A DNA stretch of 64,000 bases from Candidatus Woesearchaeota archaeon (GTDB lineage Archaea > Nanobdellota > Nanobdellia > Woesearchaeales > ARS49). A model generated the notes under the pieces. It saw only the letters and a program-made list of their open reading frames with translations, was not told the DNA's origin and did no database searches. Location: assembly GCA_014729505.1 (NCBI GenBank), contig WJJS01000001.1, positions 12,938-76,937 on the forward strand. Reading direction: 5' to 3'. Made by a program: the position numbers and the translations under genes. Of the stretch, positions 28,528-38,826 are shown in pieces; positions within the stretch are counted from its first letter, which is position 1, and each line of letters begins with the position of its first letter.

Positions 28528-28713
28528 TTACTTAGACGGTTTAAGCTTACGAGCTTCTGCCGTCCATTTAACATTACGAGGTTTGCGCTTGAGTTTTACA
28601 TGACTCTTCTCACACTTCCTTTTACAAAAGTGCAATTCCTTGCCATCGTTTTTTACAAACAACATGCCCGTTCCCGGAGGAATGGACATCCCACAAAAAG
28701 CACACGTAGCCAT
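28528..28713 (-). CDS. rpl24e: 50S ribosomal protein L24e
   Basis: MATCAFCGMSIPPGTGMLFVKNDGKELHFCKRKC. Confidence 0.85.
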   Translation of the reverse strand: MATCAFCGMSIPPGTGMLFVKNDGKELHFCKRKCEKSHVKLKRKPRNVKWTAEARKLKPSK

Positions 28714-28995
28714 CTACTTCCTCCCCCGACCGCCACGAGACAACGGACGAGCCTCAAGTTCAGTTTCACGAAGCATCAAAATATCATCGATTTGCACAGG
28801 ACCGCGCACATTACGACGAAGAACCTTATCCTTATCACGACCATCAAGGACACGACAACGTACTTGAATAGCCTCCCCACGAGTGCCTGTACGACCAATC
28901 ACTTCTTCAACACGTGCAGGAACAGCAGGGCTGAAGCGAACGCCGCCTTTTTTCTCTTCCTTTTGATCCTTACGCACTGGTTTTTTTGCTGCCAT
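28714..28995 (-). CDS. rps28e: 30S ribosomal protein S28e
   Basis: [59 protein letters not shown]. Confidence 0.85.
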   Translation of the reverse strand: MAAKKPVRKDQKEEKKGGVRFSPAVPARVEEVIGRTGTRGEAIQVRCRVLDGRDKDKVLRRNVRGPVQIDDILMLRETELEARPLSRGGRGRK

Positions 28996-28996
28996 T

Positions 28997-29329
28997 TTAC
29001 GCTGCCTTTAGATTTTGTTGGATTTCTTGAATAACCTTCTTAGCATCGCCCTCGGCGATAATTGCTACTGCCGCTGTAGACACCGGAAGACCGGCAGCAG
29101 TGCCAAGATCTTCCTTATTATCAATCTCGACACAAACAATATTCTTCTCCTTAGCAAGAAGAGGCAAATGCATCACAATTTCAGGTGGCGACACATTCTT
29201 TGCAAACGCTACAAGTTTAGCCGTACCACGCTCAAGAGCTTTTGTAACCTCATTTGAACCCTTCTTGAGTTTTCCTGTATTTTTTGCGATCTCAATCGCT
29301 TCCAAGACTTTATCGGTAAGTTCACTCAT
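28997..29329 (-). CDS. rpl7ae: 50S ribosomal protein L7Ae
   Basis: [46 protein letters not shown].... GGAGGGG lies 6 nt upstream of this ATG. The longer track ORF (to 29470) looks like a spurious N-terminal extension. Confidence 0.85.
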   Translation of the reverse strand: MSELTDKVLEAIEIAKNTGKLKKGSNEVTKALERGTAKLVAFAKNVSPPEIVMHLPLLAKEKNIVCVEIDNKEDLGTAAGLPVSTAAVAIIAEGDAKKVIQEIQQNLKAA

Positions 29330-29463
29330 GATACCCCTCCGGAGATTAGAAACCTCCTCGGCCAAAGGCCTCATTGGATACCAATTTGAGCAAGACGGTG
29401 GTATATAAAAGTATCGTCTATAATCGAGAAGTATATAAACCAATTTTGTTTCATAAGGAACAC

Positions 29464-29703
29464 ATGGCAAAAAAGAGATGGAAAACAGTACTCATATACG
29501 TAGCATTCATATTTTTGGGACTATTGTGGGGAGTGATAGAAGAATTCTACATGGAACCAAGCAATGAAGAAAAACTCGACGAGTATATCTCTTGCGGTCT
29601 TGAAATGAACTGGTGCATAAACGACTGCTACGGAAACTTTGCATGCAAAGAAGACTGCATACAACAAAGAATTATTTGTGACAAAGAGACACTTGATCAA
29701 TGA
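29464..29703 (+). CDS. Small Cys-rich protein with an N-terminal TM anchor (paralogue 1)
   Basis: MAKKRWKTVLIYVAFIFLGLLWG... with 6 Cys (CG..C..C.....C...C....C). I chose an internal ATG start. Confidence 0.45.
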   Translation: MAKKRWKTVLIYVAFIFLGLLWGVIEEFYMEPSNEEKLDEYISCGLEMNWCINDCYGNFACKEDCIQQRIICDKETLDQ

Positions 29704-29963
29704 AAAAAAATATCATATTCATAGCTAGCGGATTGCTTCTTTTGTTACTATTTTTTATTGGCGCAAGCATATGGGCAACACATTATTTCGCCCAGAACAT
29801 TGAAAAAGAACTCGAAGGAGCCCGAGGATGTCGCACAAGTTTTGAACGATGCTACAACGAATGCACAGACTATATGCGAGAACAATGTGTACATACTTGT
29901 TTAAGTAACAGATATTTGTGTGAAGAAAGAACATTGGGTTGGGAAGCGCCGACGCCAGGGTAA
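29700..29963 (+). CDS. Small Cys-rich protein with an N-terminal TM anchor (paralogue 2)
   Basis: MKKNIIFIASGLLLLLLFFIGASIW..., then CR...C..C...........C..C. Same architecture as the upstream gene. Confidence 0.45.
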   Translation: MKKNIIFIASGLLLLLLFFIGASIWATHYFAQNIEKELEGARGCRTSFERCYNECTDYMREQCVHTCLSNRYLCEERTLGWEAPTPG

Positions 29964-29999
29964 TATTTAAATACTGACACAAGACGTTCAAAGAATTAC

Positions 30000-30107
30000 G
30001 CGCAGATAGTACAATGGCTAGTATAGCGGCCTTCCACTGCACGGCAGAAGCAAGCCGTTGATCCGGGTTCGAAAATGAATCTTTCATCGAATGTCCCGGT
30101 CTGCGCA
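30000..30107 (+). tRNA. tRNA-Gly (TCC) with two introns: 16 nt at 37/38 and 20 nt in the T-loop (59/60)
   Basis: Manual fold: acceptor GCGCAGA/TCTGCGC, D-arm GTAC-AATGGCTA-GTAT, anticodon stem GCGGC with loop CTTCCA|intron 30037-30052|A then GCCGT, T-arm CCGGG-TTCGAA|intron 30074-30093|T-CCCGG and discriminator A. Confidence 0.7.
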
Positions 30108-30111
30108 TTTT

Positions 30112-30614
30112 TTACTTTTTACAACGAGCATTGTTTTGTCTCCAAACGCAATATGCTGCATATTTTTCCTTCTTTATGTGGTGATTAAAACCGATGAGTT
30201 GGAAAAGTAAATAGTCTTTAGCTGGAATTCGTAGAGTAAAACAATGCTTGTGTTTTGGATTGGTCGAATATCTTGTGTGCCACGTAGAACTTATGCCTTC
30301 TGCAAGAAGCATTTGTTGAACTTGACGTCTTGCATCCTCGTTGGGATTATAGGCAATGATGCTACTTCTATAAACGGCACCCTCATCATCGAAGAACGCT
30401 CTTAACCCGTCCGCCTTAGAATTTTATCTTTTGTGATTTCTTTCGAGATTGTCCAAGGGCGATCAAGAGTATATCCAAGTTCACATATCTTCTCAAAAAG
30501 AAGTCGATTAGCTACTTGAAGGCGATGTTTATTCCTTCCAAAATAGATGTAGATTCCCGGCAAAACTTTTCGAACTGCCGCGGCTGCAGAACAGTTGAAC
30601 ATAGGAGCAGACAC
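30112..30614 (-). pseudogene. Frameshifted gene remnant (two ORFs, 30402..30614 and 30112..30401, in different frames); function unknown, possibly a mobile-element-derived fragment
   Basis: Manual translation shows the upstream ORF ending ...KDKILRRTG* and the downstream frame open from codon SKADGLRAFFDDEG.... It sits next to tRNA-Gly. Confidence 0.3.
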
Positions 30615-30889
30615 GGGCTACTACAAGGACTATATTGCAGAACCTGAAAATGTACGAAAGAAACTTGAAAAAGAAGCCGCAGAAAGGGTCTTACTGTTTC
30701 AAATCGCGTCTGAAGATGGAGCGGACATGAACCGGATAGATGGCGGAAAAATTGTACGTTTATATCCGGAAAAACCATCTCAAGAACAAGGATTTTTCTC
30801 GCGAGTATTGCACGATGCAAACACATTAAAGCCCAAAGCTTTATATAATAATTGATAATTTATACCTTATAATATAGGGGGGGAATAAT

Positions 30890-31126
30890 ATGCCATACGA
30901 TAAAAGTCTTGATAAACAGCTCTTTAGTGAGTCAGTAGAATTTGAAACCACGAGACTAACAGTTAGTGTATTCTCGTACAACGACGGAACACCAAAAATC
31001 CAGATCGCCAGAGAAAATAAGAACCGCGACGGAGAATGGCAGTTTGCAAAGCTTGGCCGCATGGTCAAAGCAGAAGCTGAAGCCGTCTTACCACTACTCA
31101 AGAAAGCGGTAGAATCACTCGATTAG
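30890..31126 (+). CDS. PC4/YdbC-like ssDNA-binding small protein (putative)
   Basis: LTVSVFSYNDGTPKIQIARENKNRDGEWQFAKLGRMVKAEAEAVLPLL resembles the PC4/DUF3276 pattern. Confidence 0.4.
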   Translation: MPYDKSLDKQLFSESVEFETTRLTVSVFSYNDGTPKIQIARENKNRDGEWQFAKLGRMVKAEAEAVLPLLKKAVESLD

Positions 31127-31470
31127 CGCGATAAGTGCACTTCAGTAGCATTGTCGCCAGATCCTATAACGACATAAACATCAGTACGTTCTTGATCGAA
31201 AAACACGGTGTACGGCAACGTTCCCCCATCAGATTGAAGAGCAGTCGTCGCGTAGCACATCGATTTATTCTTATATGCTGTCATACCCTGAATAACGGTT
31301 TTCACACCATCTTCAGTCGTTAATTCTCCTGCTTTACACCACTCCGTGGAAGGAGCGGATGGTGCAGTTATGACTCCAGCATTCTTGGAACTCGTCGTTT
31401 TCAGCGTTTGCTGACAAGCGCTCATCAACAATAAAGACACTAGGATCATCACTACACACAATCGTTTCAT
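31123..31470 (-). CDS. Small secreted or lipoprotein-like protein
   Basis: MKRLCVVMILVSLLLMSACQ is a signal peptide with a Cys after the hydrophobic core. Confidence 0.45.
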   Translation of the reverse strand: MKRLCVVMILVSLLLMSACQQTLKTTSSKNAGVITAPSAPSTEWCKAGELTTEDGVKTVIQGMTAYKNKSMCYATTALQSDGGTLPYTVFFDQERTDVYVVIGSGDNATEVHLSR

Positions 31471-31505
31471 GAACGAGCACCTGTATTTTCCAGTATATAA
31501 GTTTA

Positions 31506-32186
31506 ATGGCTTTGCTCATAAGGTATATAAGGGAAAGACACATCACTATAGCAAAAGAGATGGCCTTAGAAACATTTCACCACTATCAGCACCTGTATGA
31601 AGAATTCTTCAGTGTTCGATTCAAACCAATACCCATAGTTGATATTGTCGAAGACTACGACCTCGTCGCAGGAAGCGTGCGCATCCACGAAAACGCATCA
31701 CGATGGTACTTCTTCATCCCAGAACGACTCACCGAATGGGAACTCTTTGTACTGCTTGAAACAAAACAATGGCTCAGTCCCAACACAGAAAAAGTTGTTA
31801 TACGAAACAAGATAAAAGAATTGACAACAAGAAAAGGAATAGCTGAAGCGAGGGCACAACATTTGTACGACTTATTCATGCAAGTCACCTGTGGATATGG
31901 ATTACTCGAAGTATTGCTTGGCGATGCGAAACTCAAAGCCATACGCATTCACACACTCAACAAGGTAAGCACGGTAAAAGTTGACATTGAACACTACGGG
32001 GAATGTAACACGAACCTTCTATTTACCAAAGAATTTATTGACACACTCTCAAAAAAATTACGACACGAGCGATGCGCAGGACTCGAACCATGCTCTATTC
32101 GCATAGGCGATATCCCGGTTAGCGCGCACGTCAAAGACGAAGCAGGACAACACCTGCACTCAAGGACTATTAAAATAAAGAAATAG
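31506..32186 (+). CDS. Hypothetical protein
   Basis: 226-aa ORF with no recognised motifs. Confidence 0.35.
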   Translation: MALLIRYIRERHITIAKEMALETFHHYQHLYEEFFSVRFKPIPIVDIVEDYDLVAGSVRIHENASRWYFFIPERLTEWELFVLLETKQWLSPNTEKVVIRNKIKELTTRKGIAEARAQHLYDLFMQVTCGYGLLEVLLGDAKLKAIRIHTLNKVSTVKVDIEHYGECNTNLLFTKEFIDTLSKKLRHERCAGLEPCSIRIGDIPVSAHVKDEAGQHLHSRTIKIKK

Positions 32187-32199
32187 CAATGCTCAGCAA

Positions 32200-33807
32200 T
32201 CAGGACTCTGGCGGCATATTATGCTCGGTTTCTTGACCTGAAGCAATCACGTCATCAATGCGAAGAATCATCTGTGCCACTTCTGAAGCAGCTGTAATCG
32301 CCTGAGTCTTAATGCGCAGGGGCTCGATTACGCCAGCATCAAAACTGTTTACGATTTTACCCGCATGCACATCAATGCCAGCCTTTTTACTGCCAGCATC
32401 ATGAGCCGCTTTTAATTCGGTCAACACATCAATAGGATCAAGACCTGCATTTTCCGCAAGCGTCCGAGGAATGATTTCCAGTGATTGAGCAAAAGCCTGC
32501 ACAGCCAACTGTTCACGACCACTCAACGTTTCTGCATACACACGAAGACCTCGAGCAAGTTCTATCTCTGTAGCACCGGCACCAGTAACCACTTTACCAA
32601 GCTTGAGCGCAGCAGCAATATCACCAATAGCATCAGTCAACGCGCGTTTAGCCTCGTCAGCGATATGATCAGTTCCTCCGCGCACAAGAATAGAAACAGA
32701 CTTAGGATTAGTGCATTCAGTAACAAAAATCATCTCCTCACCAGCAATACGACGTTCAGTCACCTGGCCAGCAGCACCCAAATCCTCAGCACTCAAATCT
32801 TCAAGATTAGACACGACACGACCGCTAGTTGCAAGCGCCAACGATTCCATATCACTTTTCTTTACACGACGACAAGCAAGAATACCCTCCTTAGCAAGAA
32901 AATGCTGCGCAATATCATCAATACCCTTTTGACAAAACAACACCGACGCGCCAGTAGCCTTCACTTTAGAAACCATAGCACGGAGCATTTTCTCTTCTTG
33001 ATCAATAAACGCCTGCATCTGTGACGGATCAGTAATGGAGATCTTTGCATCGATCTCAGTATTTCGAATCTCAAAAGCTGCATCAACAAGAGCAACCTTC
33101 GCATTCTTAACAATTCTTGGCATCGACGGATGAACAGCTTCCTTTTCAATAATAATGCCTTCAATAAGTTCGCTGTCTTCAACACCGCCACCAGCCTTTT
33201 TCTCGATCTTTACATGATCATCATCAAACTCAAAAACGCCGTCTTTTTGTTCAGCAACACGAAGCACTGCACGAACGGCGATTGTAGAAAGTTTTTCCTG
33301 AGCAGATTCTGCACCCTTACCATTAATTGCAGTCATTCCAATCTTAATAAGCGTATCAGTATCATCTCGAGCAATATCATCAGCAAACTCTGCGAGCAAC
33401 TCATGAGCCTTAACCGTAGCCATGCGATAGCCACGAGCAATCACTGTTGGATGAATATCCTGATCAAGCAAATTCTCAGACTGTTTGAGCAGTTCACCAG
33501 CAATAACAACAGCAGTTGTGGTACCATCACCGATCTCCTCCTCTTGAGTTCTCGACACCTCTACAAGCATCTTCGCAGCAGGATGATTAACCTGCATCTC
33601 TTCTAGAATAGTCACACCATCATTAGTGATCGTAATCTCGCCCATACTGTCAACGAGCATCTTATCCATACCCTTAGGACCGAGTGTTGTACGAACAGCC
33701 TCAGCAAGCGCTTTAGCCGCAAGAATATTATTACGTTGTGCAGATCGTCCAGTCACACGCTGCGATCCTTCAGGCAAAATAAATATAGGTTGCATTTCTT
33801 TTGACAT
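32200..33807 (-). CDS. ths: Thermosome subunit (group II chaperonin)
   Basis: [30 protein letters not shown] and the GDGTTT ATP-binding motif. The protein is 535 aa. Confidence 0.95.
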   Translation of the reverse strand: MSKEMQPIFILPEGSQRVTGRSAQRNNILAAKALAEAVRTTLGPKGMDKMLVDSMGEITITNDGVTILEEMQVNHPAAKMLVEVSRTQEEEIGDGTTTAVVIAGELLKQSENLLDQDIHPTVIARGYRMATVKAHELLAEFADDIARDDTDTLIKIGMTAINGKGAESAQEKLSTIAVRAVLRVAEQKDGVFEFDDDHVKIEKKAGGGVEDSELIEGIIIEKEAVHPSMPRIVKNAKVALVDAAFEIRNTEIDAKISITDPSQMQAFIDQEEKMLRAMVSKVKATGASVLFCQKGIDDIAQHFLAKEGILACRRVKKSDMESLALATSGRVVSNLEDLSAEDLGAAGQVTERRIAGEEMIFVTECTNPKSVSILVRGGTDHIADEAKRALTDAIGDIAAALKLGKVVTGAGATEIELARGLRVYAETLSGREQLAVQAFAQSLEIIPRTLAENAGLDPIDVLTELKAAHDAGSKKAGIDVHAGKIVNSFDAGVIEPLRIKTQAITAASEVAQMILRIDDVIASGQETEHNMPPES

Positions 33808-33863
33808 ACTAATCCCCCGTGTATACCATCACTATCACTTTCTTTTAAACGTTTCGTCTGCCC

Positions 33864-35107
33864 ATGCAATGCAAAGACAATAATAAAGTTTATAGCAAAC
33901 GTCATGTTCTTACCAGTATGCGCGTTTTTGAAAGAGGGGAACTGAGACTCTTATGGCCGTTTTATGCCGATTATCTACTATCACAACTACTCTTTTTTGC
34001 ACCAGCGTTTTACATCGTGTATTTTCTGGATATTGGCCTGTCCTTGTTTCAGTTAGGACTTGTTATGGCTGCAGCACCACTGGCAGGTCTGCTCTTTGAG
34101 ATTCCAACAGGAGCCGTAGCAGATCTGTACGGGAGAAAATTTTCAGTCCTGCTAAGCTTTCTACTGGTAGCAGCAGGTTATTTGCTTCTCTTCTTCTTTA
34201 CAAGTATCCCAGCACTTATTGCCATTTTTGCGTTAATCGGATTTGCAGGAACATTCTGGTCGGGAGCAAAAGATGCGTGGGTTGTTGATCTTATAGGAAA
34301 AAGAAAAACATTACTCCAAATTATTTTGCAAAAGCAGATTTTCTCAGCAGTCTTGGACTAGTCATATCAGGCATCCTTGGAGCGTTCATTGTTGAAGTCA
34401 TTGGCCTACGATCCATATGGTTATTTGCTGCAGGTGCGTACGCGATATCATTTGTAGTTCTACTCACAGCCCCTGAACGTTATCGCAGACGACACACTTC
34501 ATTTAGTCGAGCTCTTAAAACTGTAACACAACAAAGCGGGGATGCGTTACGATACTGTCGAATGCACCACATACTTTACGCATTTTTCATTGCAAGCGCT
34601 CTTTGGCTTATCGCAGGAGCAATAGGAGGAGTCATGGCATGGACACCCTTTCTTATCGAACTTGGTTTTGCAGAACAACACTTTGGCTACTTGTGGAGTG
34701 CGATGGCCGTAGTACAAATGATGGGACTTGCCATCTCACAATTCGCTCTAAAAACGATCTCGTCTCGAAAAGTGATCATTGTTGCCCAGTCATTGTTTGC
34801 TGCAACTCTCCTTGCCGTGTATTGGGTATCTTCACTGCCGTTTGCGTTGTTACTGGTACTGTTTAGCATCTTATTTGCCTCAGCAAAAGCACCTTCATTA
34901 AACGTGTTCTTTCATCGGTTTACTCCTTCATACATGAGAGCAACCATCGGTTCAGTCAAGGCAACACTCGGCGCAGCTATAGCCATACTCATGATGCCGA
35001 TTTCAGGACATTTTATTGACACTATAGGTGCTCAAAACGCATTATTTAGCGCGGGACTTGCATTACTGCCTGCAGTAGGGATATACCTGCTAATGAAAGA
35101 ACACTAA
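33864..35107 (+). pseudogene. MFS transporter interrupted by a frameshift in an A-rich run near 34296-34310 (pseudogene or sequencing error)
   Basis: The N-terminal-half ORF (to 34361) and the C-terminal half (the frame is open from 34289) are both polytopic. The second frame reads ...LSSLGLVISGILGAFIV, continuous with the 34562 ORF. Confidence 0.6.
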
Positions 35108-35133
35108 ATCTTTAAATAGTTCCTTTCACTGAT

Positions 35134-36117
35134 TTGACCAAAAAGAGAATGTATGATATCATTACTATAGGATCCGGTACTGTCGACGTATTTGTAGAAA
35201 CAGAAGACAAGCAAATAGTGCCGCACAACAATCATCAAGACGTTTGCTATCACATCGGGGACAAAGTACTCATCAAACGATTGCAGCACAGCACCGGTGG
35301 CGGAGGAACAAACAGTGCTGTAGGATTCTCGCGTATGGGACTCAACACTGGCTGGATAGGTCAAGTAGGCCAAGACGCGAATATGCACTATATTATGGAA
35401 ACGCTGCAACAAGAACGCGTCACCTTTCTTGGCAACTGTTCAAAGGGTATGAGCGGTTACAGCGTTATACTCGTCGGACTGCGAAAAGACAGAACGATAC
35501 TTACCTACAAAGGAATCAACAATATGCTTGCCGTAAAGGACAAGGATCTCAAACAATTGAAAACGAAATGGTTCTATTTCTCATCAATGATGGACAAAAG
35601 CTTACGCACGCAAAAAAAGATAGCACAACACGCTAAGAAAAAAGGCATACGATATGCGTACAATCCGAGCTGTTACCTCGCAGAAAAAGGAATGAGAGTG
35701 CTCGGACCCATTGTACGAGGAGCCACAGTGCTTGTAATGAACGCACAAGAAGCAGCATACTTGCTTGACACTTCGCCACAACAAAAAGCAGAGAATGCCA
35801 GAGCACTCACCAAGTACGGCCAGTACGGTATTGTCACCGACGGGCCGCGGGAAGGCTATGCAAGCGACGGTACTCATCTGTACGTGTGGAAACCACGAAA
35901 AGCAAAAATCGTCGAAACAACAGGAGCAGGAGACAGTTTTGCTGTTGGAGTTGTCACAGGCATTATCAAAGGCATGACCCTAGCACAATCACTACAATTA
36001 GGCTATGCAAATGCAGTTTCAGTACTCGGAGAGATCGGTGCAAAAAACAACTTGCTCACATATCGTAATGCTCGACGAGAACTAAGGGAACATCCAGTGA
36101 GGGTAAAACGAATATGA
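35134..36117 (+). CDS. PfkB-family carbohydrate or nucleoside kinase
   Basis: GGGGTNSAVGFSRMG and the C-terminal TTGAGDSFAVG motif. Confidence 0.8.
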   Translation: MTKKRMYDIITIGSGTVDVFVETEDKQIVPHNNHQDVCYHIGDKVLIKRLQHSTGGGGTNSAVGFSRMGLNTGWIGQVGQDANMHYIMETLQQERVTFLGNCSKGMSGYSVILVGLRKDRTILTYKGINNMLAVKDKDLKQLKTKWFYFSSMMDKSLRTQKKIAQHAKKKGIRYAYNPSCYLAEKGMRVLGPIVRGATVLVMNAQEAAYLLDTSPQQKAENARALTKYGQYGIVTDGPREGYASDGTHLYVWKPRKAKIVETTGAGDSFAVGVVTGIIKGMTLAQSLQLGYANAVSVLGEIGAKNNLLTYRNARRELREHPVRVKRI

Positions 36118-37028
36118 TTATATCACTCAAACGTATGCTTGCACAAGCGAACAAGAAAAACTACGCTGTTGGCGCGTACAACATCAATAACATGGAATTT
36201 GTCCAAGCAGTTGTCAGCGCAAGCGAAAAAATGAACAGTCCAGCAATAATCTCGACAACAGAGGGAGCAATACGTTACGCAGGCATGCCATACCTGAAAA
36301 CGCTCGTCTACACGGCAGCAGCACACACAAAAATACCTATCACGTTTCATCTCGATCACGGAAGAGATTTTACGGTGATCAAACAAGCGATAAAAGCGGG
36401 ATACTCCTCAATAATGTATGACGGCAGTCATCTGCCTTTCAAAGAAAATGTTCGCAACACTGCAAAAGTCGTGCGATGGGCGCACAAAAAAGGAGTCAGC
36501 GTTGAAGGAGAACTAGGAACTATAGGTGGTGCAGAAGATCTCGTCAGTTCAAGAGAAATTATCTATACCGATCCAGACACTGCAAAAGAGTTCGTCGAAA
36601 AAACAGGAGTTGATGCACTCGCAATTGCTATTGGGACCAGTCACGGCGCGTACAAATTTTCAAGCACACCAACACTTGATATTGCGCGCCTCAAAACAAT
36701 AAAAAAACTCACTAAACTACCGCTCGTACTGCACGGCGCAAGTGAAGTACCACAATATCTGGTACGACAAGCGAACCGCTATGGAGCAACACTTGGCAAA
36801 GCTCGAGGAGTGCCAGACGCACAAATACGACAAGCAGTCAAGCACGGCATCAATAAAGTCAACGAGGATACGGACTTGCGCTTAGCATTTCTAGCCTCAA
36901 CTAGAAAAACACTCGTAAAACAACCAAGCGTATTTGATCCGCGAAAAATCCTTGGACCCGCACGAGATTACGTACAAAAAATCGTCGAGGATCGCATCAA
37001 ACTTTTAGGGAGTAAAGGTAAAGCATGA
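36114..37028 (+). CDS. fba: Class II fructose-bisphosphate aldolase
   Basis: NINNMEFVQAVV...HLDHG.... Confidence 0.8.
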   Translation: MIISLKRMLAQANKKNYAVGAYNINNMEFVQAVVSASEKMNSPAIISTTEGAIRYAGMPYLKTLVYTAAAHTKIPITFHLDHGRDFTVIKQAIKAGYSSIMYDGSHLPFKENVRNTAKVVRWAHKKGVSVEGELGTIGGAEDLVSSREIIYTDPDTAKEFVEKTGVDALAIAIGTSHGAYKFSSTPTLDIARLKTIKKLTKLPLVLHGASEVPQYLVRQANRYGATLGKARGVPDAQIRQAVKHGINKVNEDTDLRLAFLASTRKTLVKQPSVFDPRKILGPARDYVQKIVEDRIKLLGSKGKA

Positions 37029-37465
37029 AGGTTATACTAGGAGCAGATCATGCAGGATTCGCACTCAAAGAACACCTAAAAAAATACTTGAGCGCAAAAG
37101 GATACGACGTAATTGATCTTGGTGCAACAGTTCTCAAACCACGCGATGATTACCCAGACTATGCTGCTCGAGTTGCAAAACGCGTCGTAAAGCATAACGA
37201 ACCAGGCATTCTGGTGTGCGGCAGTTCTGAAGGCGTCTGCATTGCAGCAAACAAATTCAAAGGCATACGAGCAGTCTCGGCATGGTCAAAAAAAGTAGCA
37301 AAACTATCAAGAGAGCACGATAATGCAAACATACTCTGCTTATCAGGGTGGTTGCTCAGTAAAGAAAAGGCAAGCGGTATAGCTGACACGTTCTTAAGCA
37401 CGGCTTTTTCTAAGGAACCACGGCATGTCCGCCGTCTCAAAAAGATCGAAAAACTAGAACAATGA
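37025..37465 (+). CDS. rpiB: Ribose-5-phosphate isomerase B
   Basis: MKVILGADHAGFALKEHLKKYLSAKGYDVIDLG and GILVCGSSEGVCIAANK. Confidence 0.8.
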   Translation: MKVILGADHAGFALKEHLKKYLSAKGYDVIDLGATVLKPRDDYPDYAARVAKRVVKHNEPGILVCGSSEGVCIAANKFKGIRAVSAWSKKVAKLSREHDNANILCLSGWLLSKEKASGIADTFLSTAFSKEPRHVRRLKKIEKLEQ

Positions 37466-38088
37466 TACGCGTCATCCCCGCAGTCAATGCCACAACAATG
37501 CTGGCTTTACGAAAAAACATCTCAATCGCAGAAACACTCAGTCCACTTATTGACGTCGATATTTGTGATGGAAGATTCGTCGCGCGAAAAACGGTTTCCT
37601 TAACTCAATTACGAGGTCTGACAACAAAAAAGTTGAGCATTGATTATATGGGTCAACATCCAGCACGTGCGTTTGTTCGACTGCCAAAAAACACGTATCG
37701 TTTTGTGTTCCACGTCGAGGTAGCCAATGATATCGATGCTCTTATACGACGCTGTAAAGCACATAAGATCATTGCATCAATAGGATTGAATCCCGAGACT
37801 CCTGTTTCGAGTATCGCAAAGTATCTGGGTAAAGGAGTGCAGGTTCATCTCCTCACAGTACATCCAGGAAAAAGCGGACAAGAACTCATCCCTTCAGTAT
37901 TGCAAAAGGTGCGAAAGATCAAAAAGATACGGGAAGACACAAGGATTGGTATTGACGGAGGAGTAAACCTCAAGACCGCGAAACTGATCAAACGATATCC
38001 GCTCAACTATGTCTCAGCAACGTCAGCAATCTTTGGCGCAAAAGACCCAAAGAACGCGTTTAGGGAACTTAAGAAGGCGCTCAACTAG
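37462..38088 (+). CDS. Ribulose-phosphate 3-epimerase-like TIM-barrel protein
   Basis: IDVDICDGRFV ... GIDGGVNLKTAKLIKRYPLNYVSATSAIFGAKDP follows the Rpe pattern. The exact family is uncertain. Confidence 0.55.
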   Translation: MIRVIPAVNATTMLALRKNISIAETLSPLIDVDICDGRFVARKTVSLTQLRGLTTKKLSIDYMGQHPARAFVRLPKNTYRFVFHVEVANDIDALIRRCKAHKIIASIGLNPETPVSSIAKYLGKGVQVHLLTVHPGKSGQELIPSVLQKVRKIKKIREDTRIGIDGGVNLKTAKLIKRYPLNYVSATSAIFGAKDPKNAFRELKKALN

Positions 38089-38127
38089 ATTTTTTTTCCT
38101 TTTTCGTATATGTGAATGCAATTAACA
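38087..38127 (+). repeat. 41-nt direct repeat (copy 1), a duplicated ferredoxin 3'-end remnant
   Basis: TTTTTCCTTTTTCGTATATGTGAATGCAATTAACAGGAC is identical to 38219-38259. On the - strand it encodes a remnant ...PVNCIHIYEKGKKI*. Confidence 0.75.
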
Positions 38128-38209
38128 GGACGAGCATTCTGCCGCTGTTTTTGCCCAGCGGTTGCAATGCGTGACGCTCGGCTTTGCCTCGATCACGCAG
38201 TTAGAATTT

Positions 38210-38467
38210 CTAGATTCTTTTTTTTCCTTTTTCGTATATGTGAATGCAATTAACAGGACAACACTCTGCGGCGTCCATATTATCTTTGAGATCATCGAGT
38301 TCGAGATGTTCTTCAAGACCGACCTTTTTGGCTCCCTTCAAATCAACTTTGCCATCATCACTTATCGTCCAAAATTCTTCAGCAATAGCAGTACAACTAC
38401 CACAACCAATACATTCAGAACGCTCATGAACAATCCTGAACTTTTTATCTTTGTTTTTCTCAGGCAT
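38210..38467 (-). CDS. 4Fe-4S ferredoxin
   Basis: ECIGCGSCTAI plus AECCPVNC. The protein is 85 aa. Confidence 0.75.
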   Translation of the reverse strand: MPEKNKDKKFRIVHERSECIGCGSCTAIAEEFWTISDDGKVDLKGAKKVGLEEHLELDDLKDNMDAAECCPVNCIHIYEKGKKRI

Positions 38468-38492
38468 AGCAACACTCCCGAAATATTACTTT

Positions 38493-38732
38493 TTAATTGT
38501 TTCGCCAGACATGAGTAATGGCGCCAAGCGTATTGAGCAACAGCACAAGACTAGAGAGAAACAGCAATGCAAGAGCGATCATCAAAAACATCTCATCATC
38601 GACGTACAACCCCTGAAGAACTAAGGTTCCTTTCTTGAGCAAAAAAATAACTGCTGATGCTACTAAGGAAAGAATGCCGAGAATAAGCGAGAGTACCTCT
38701 CTAAAAATGCTGCTGTTCTGTAACAAGGTCAT
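38493..38732 (-). CDS. Small membrane protein, hypothetical
   Basis: 79 aa with 2 TM helices. Confidence 0.4.
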   Translation of the reverse strand: MTLLQNSSIFREVLSLILGILSLVASAVIFLLKKGTLVLQGLYVDDEMFLMIALALLFLSSLVLLLNTLGAITHVWRNN

Positions 38733-38826
38733 AAGACTGAGAAGACAAGGACAACATATAAATTTTGCTTATCCTTATTGAGTAATCAACAGCAAGATTA
38801 AATACTATTATCCCATCGCGGTACGC

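Noticed and set aside
32485-33606. + strand ORFs of 179 aa and 158 aa
   Set aside because: They are antisense to the thermosome gene.
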